Source: a virus
Lineage: Duplodnaviria > Heunggongvirae > Uroviricota > Caudoviricetes
IMG/VR virus record: IMGVR_UViG_2541047692_000014
Strand: one strand, 5' to 3'
DNA: 29,480 bases
The notes below the pieces were generated by a model, which did no database searches, was not told the DNA's origin, and saw only the letters and a program-made list of their open reading frames with translations. Shown here piece after piece: positions 26,756 through 29,480 of this stretch (position 1 is the stretch's first letter; every line of letters begins with the position of its first letter). The translations under genes were made by a program, and so were the position numbers.

Positions 26756-27235
26756 ATGATGCTCGCGTTAGGTATGTTTGTTTTTATGCGCCAGACGCTG
26801 CCACACCAGACCATGCAGCGTGAATCAGATTATCGCTGGCCGTCAAATTCCCGTATCGGTAAACGGGATGCCTTTCAGTTTCTCGGTGTTGGCGAGGAAA
26901 ACATCACGCTTGCCGGTGTGCTTTATCCCGAACTGACCGGCGGAAAGCTGACGATGACCACGCTCAGGCTGATGGCAGAGGAAGGTCGGGCGTGGCCGTT
27001 GCTGGATGGCACCGGCATGATTTACGGCATGTATGTCATCAGCAGGGTGAGTGAAACAGGGAGTATTTTCTTTGCAGACGGCACACCCCGAAAAATTGAT
27101 TTTACGCTGTCGCTCACCCGCGTTGATGAATCACTGGCCGCGCTTTATGGCGATATCGGTAAACAGGCGGAATCGCTCATCGGTAAGGCTGGTAGTCTGG
27201 TGACCAGATTCACGGGTATGACGGGGGCGGGATAA
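26756..27235 (+). CDS. U: Tail protein U, 159 aa
   Basis: 159-aa ORF between T and D, the P2 gpU length. Confidence 0.88.
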   Translation: MMLALGMFVFMRQTLPHQTMQRESDYRWPSNSRIGKRDAFQFLGVGEENITLAGVLYPELTGGKLTMTTLRLMAEEGRAWPLLDGTGMIYGMYVISRVSETGSIFFADGTPRKIDFTLSLTRVDESLAALYGDIGKQAESLIGKAGSLVTRFTGMTGAG

Positions 27236-28398
27236 TGCTGGATGCGCTGACATTTGATGCAGGCAGTACGCTGACGCCGGATTACATGCTGATGCTCGAC
27301 AGCAGGGATATTACCGGCAATATCAGCGACCGTCTGATGAGCATGACCCTGACGGATAACCGGGGCTTTGAGGCTGACCAGCTTGATATTGAACTGAACG
27401 ACGCCGACGGGCAGGTAGGGCTACCGGTTCGTGGCGCTGTCCTGACGGTGTATATCGGCTGGAAAGGTTTTGCCCTGGTATGCAAAGGGAAATTTACCGT
27501 TGATGAGGTTGAACACCGGGGCGCACCGGATGTGGTCACCATCCGCGCCCGGAGTGCAGATTTTCGCGGGACGCTCAATTCCCGCCGGGAAGGCTCCTGG
27601 CATGACACCACGCTCGGTGCGATTGTTGAGGCGATAGCCACCCGTAACAGGCTGGAAGCCAGTGTCGCTCCGTCACTGGCCGGAATAAAAATTCCACACA
27701 TCGACCAGTCGCAGGAGTCTGATGCGAAATTCCTGACCCGTCTTGCAGAACGCAACGGCGGTGAGGTGTCGGTAAAAATGGGAAAACTGTTGTTTCTCAA
27801 AGCGGGGCAGGGAGTGACGGCCAGCGGTAAAAAAATCCCGCAGGTCACCATAACCCGCAGCGACGGCGACCGCCATCATTTTGCGATTGCTGACCGTGGA
27901 GCCTACACCGGTGTAACGGCAAAATGGCTACACACTAAAGACCCGAAGCCGCAAAAGCAGAAGGTAAAACTGAAACGCAAAAAGAAAGAGAAACACCTGC
28001 GCGCACTGGAGCACCCGAAAGCGAAACCGGTCAGGCAGAAGAAAGCGCCTAAAGTACCGGAAGCGCGTGAAGGTGAATACATGGCCGGTGAGGCTGACAA
28101 CGTTTTTGCACTGACCACGGTATATGCCACGAAAGCGCAGGCCATGCGCGCCGCTCAGGCGAAGTGGGATAAACTGCAACGGGGTGTGGCGGAGTTCTCC
28201 ATCAGCCTGGCTACCGGTCGGGCAGATATTTACACGGAAACACCGGTTAAAGTGTCAGGCTTTAAGCGCGTCATAGACGAGCAGGACTGGACAATCACTA
28301 AGGTGACACATTTTCTGAATAATAGCGGCTTCACGACGTCCTTGGAGCTTGAGGTCAGGCTTTCTGATGTGGAGTACGAAACAGAAGATGATGAGTGA
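27235..28398 (+). CDS. D: Tail protein D (late control gene D), 387 aa
   Basis: 387-aa ORF, the P2 gpD length, last gene of the FI-FII-E-T-U-D operon. Confidence 0.9.
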   Translation: MLDALTFDAGSTLTPDYMLMLDSRDITGNISDRLMSMTLTDNRGFEADQLDIELNDADGQVGLPVRGAVLTVYIGWKGFALVCKGKFTVDEVEHRGAPDVVTIRARSADFRGTLNSRREGSWHDTTLGAIVEAIATRNRLEASVAPSLAGIKIPHIDQSQESDAKFLTRLAERNGGEVSVKMGKLLFLKAGQGVTASGKKIPQVTITRSDGDRHHFAIADRGAYTGVTAKWLHTKDPKPQKQKVKLKRKKKEKHLRALEHPKAKPVRQKKAPKVPEAREGEYMAGEADNVFALTTVYATKAQAMRAAQAKWDKLQRGVAEFSISLATGRADIYTETPVKVSGFKRVIDEQDWTITKVTHFLNNSGFTTSLELEVRLSDVEYETEDDE

Positions 28399-28479
28399 TG
28401 TTTTTATTTTATCTATTTGTTTTATAAGGATAAATTAACTAAAATGGCACCATCAACAAAACCGGAAGAGGTGCTCGCG

Positions 28480-28698
28480 ATGTTTCATTGTCCTTTATGC
28501 CAGCATGCCGCACATGCGCGTACAAGTCGCTATATCACTGACACGACAAAAGAGCGTTATCACCAGTGTCAGAACGTGAATTGCAGCGCCACGTTCATCA
28601 CTTATGAGTCGGTACAGCGATACATTGTGAAGCCGGGAGAAGTCCACGCCGTAAGGCCGCACCCGTTGCCGTCAGGGCAGCAAATTATGTGGATGTAA
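28480..28698 (+). CDS. ogr: Late gene transcriptional activator Ogr (zinc-finger protein), 72 aa
   Basis: Start at the ATG at 28480 (MFHCPLCQHAAHARTSRY...ERYHQCQNVNCSATF) gives 72 aa with a CxxC-N22-CxxxxC zinc-binding motif characteristic of Ogr/Delta activators. It is the last phage gene before the prophage end. Confidence 0.9.
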   Translation: MFHCPLCQHAAHARTSRYITDTTKERYHQCQNVNCSATFITYESVQRYIVKPGEVHAVRPHPLPSGQQIMWM

Positions 28699-28708
28699 TT
28701 ACAAACAG

Positions 28709-28739
28709 AAAGCCCCTCAGTCGAGGGGCTTTCTGTTTT
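28709..28739 (+). terminator. Rho-independent terminator after ogr
   Basis: Perfect 8-bp stem AGCCCCTC-AGTC-GAGGGGCT followed by TTCTGTTTT. Confidence 0.8.
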
Positions 28740-28838
28740 GGGGAATATTCTTCATTAAAAGTAGTGGATCACGTTTAATAAACTATGTTTATCATATACT
28801 TAAAAGTCAATCTTTAAAGTTGGACAGGTTGGTGGAAA

Positions 28839-29480
28839 ATGGAAAAAGTTATAATTGAGCTTGATAATCGTTGGGAGTTAGCTGATTTCGCGGTCTTAAC
28901 GAAAGAGTATTTGCAGCTATATGGTTTTTTTTATGGCCTAAAAGGAGGATCAAGAGGATATTCAACAATGCCTTGGGAGGGTGGGCACAGTGTGGTGAAC
29001 TTTTTTAGAGGGGCTTACAGTGCGACTCCACCAGATTTACGTCCTGTAGTGAAAAAAATTCAGTATGCCTCTCCTGGCTTTATTGAATTGTCTGCTCTTA
29101 TTGATATCTCTTGGCAGATTGCTGAGTTAGTTACTGCTGTTGGTGGAAGTATTCTGGCTGCCAACAAAGTTTACGATCAGGTGATGCGTACATATCGACA
29201 AAGAGAATGGGCAAAGTTGAAATCAGAGAAGCTGCGTATACAGAATCAAATTAAAGAGATTGAACTTGTTTCTGACGCAGTTAAATCACTTGAATCTGTG
29301 ATGGCACTTAGTGAAGAACAACGTAAAAACTTGGTTCAACTATCGGGGGCAGATGAACTGGTTCAGTTAAAGATACTTTTGGCTGTTTACCGACGGTTAT
29401 CTCCTCTTGTTGAGTTGCAAAACAGCGGGAAAGCTAATTTTTCTGCTGGGAAAAATAAAAATTTAAAAGCGTCCGATTAA
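28839..29480 (+). CDS. Hypothetical protein, 213 aa, AT-rich, with predicted coiled-coil C-terminal half; immediately beyond the ogr terminator (prophage-end cargo or flanking host gene)
   Basis: Complete ORF with SD (GGTGGAAA-ATG) and a stop at the last base of the window; composition clearly more AT-rich than the phage late genes. No recognisable catalytic motif. Confidence 0.55.
   Translation: MEKVIIELDNRWELADFAVLTKEYLQLYGFFYGLKGGSRGYSTMPWEGGHSVVNFFRGAYSATPPDLRPVVKKIQYASPGFIELSALIDISWQIAELVTAVGGSILAANKVYDQVMRTYRQREWAKLKSEKLRIQNQIKEIELVSDAVKSLESVMALSEEQRKNLVQLSGADELVQLKILLAVYRRLSPLVELQNSGKANFSAGKNKNLKASD

Larger units (their letters stand above)
1..28740. mobile_element. P2-like (Peduovirus-type) prophage, integrase-proximal end through ogr terminator; attL lies outside the window, attR not identified
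   Basis: Gene order int-C-cox-B-A-[cargo]-cos-Q-P-O-N-M-L-X-Y-K-lysA-lysB/C-R-S-V-W-J-I-H-G-FI-FII-E-T-U-D-ogr and near-exact P2 product lengths, read from the translations. Family assignment from established P2 genome organisation; no search was run. Confidence 0.9.

Noticed and set aside
27282-27851. 189-aa minus-strand ORF
   Set aside because: Lies wholly within tail gene D on the opposite strand; no independent signals.
28417-28479. N-terminal extension of ogr (93-aa form)
   Set aside because: The 72-aa form starting MFHCPLCQ matches the Ogr zinc-finger protein size, and the extension runs into the AT-rich intergenic region.
28740-28838. Attempt to find a P2-type attR core after ogr
   Set aside because: No recognisable att core or repeat could be identified by eye, and attL is outside the window, so no att feature is reported.
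1-29480. tRNA, rRNA, IS element or transposase genes
   Set aside because: No cloverleaf-like conserved tRNA motifs, no transposase-like ORFs and no terminal inverted repeats were noticed on reading; a tRNAscan/ISfinder run would be needed to exclude them formally.

Overview
The window is almost entirely one P2-like (Peduovirus-type) temperate prophage in integrated orientation: integrase, C-type repressor, cox and the early replication operon (B, small orfs, gene A) at the left; a cos site near 7.48 kb; then the full late region (Q/P portal and terminase on the minus strand, O-N-M-L capsid genes, X, lysis cassette Y-K-lysA-lysB/lysC, R-S, baseplate V-W-J-I, tail fibre H-G, sheath/tube FI-FII, E/E', T, U, D) and ogr with a strong terminator. 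Gene order and almost all product lengths match the canonical P2 map; identifications rest on reading the supplied translations against remembered P2-family architecture, not on any database search. The most interesting part is the strongly AT-rich cargo between gene A and cos, the position P2 uses for tin/old and a known variable hotspot for anti-phage defence genes. It carries a 200-aa orphan ORF (6659..7261) with no recognisable motif, preceded by an ASCH/DUF3850-like ORF and a small ORF; this is my best candidate for an undescribed system. A second AT-rich orphan ORF (28839..29480) lies just beyond the ogr terminator. Other points of note are the E/E' -1 frameshift site, the embedded lysC spanin gene, four 120-nt repeats in tail fibre gene H, palindromic operators in the C/cox switch, an in-frame fusion of the TraR-like orf82 with orf83 at an A7 tract, and an empty Z/fun hotspot. 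No tRNA, rRNA, CRISPR array or transposase was seen, and attR could not be located.
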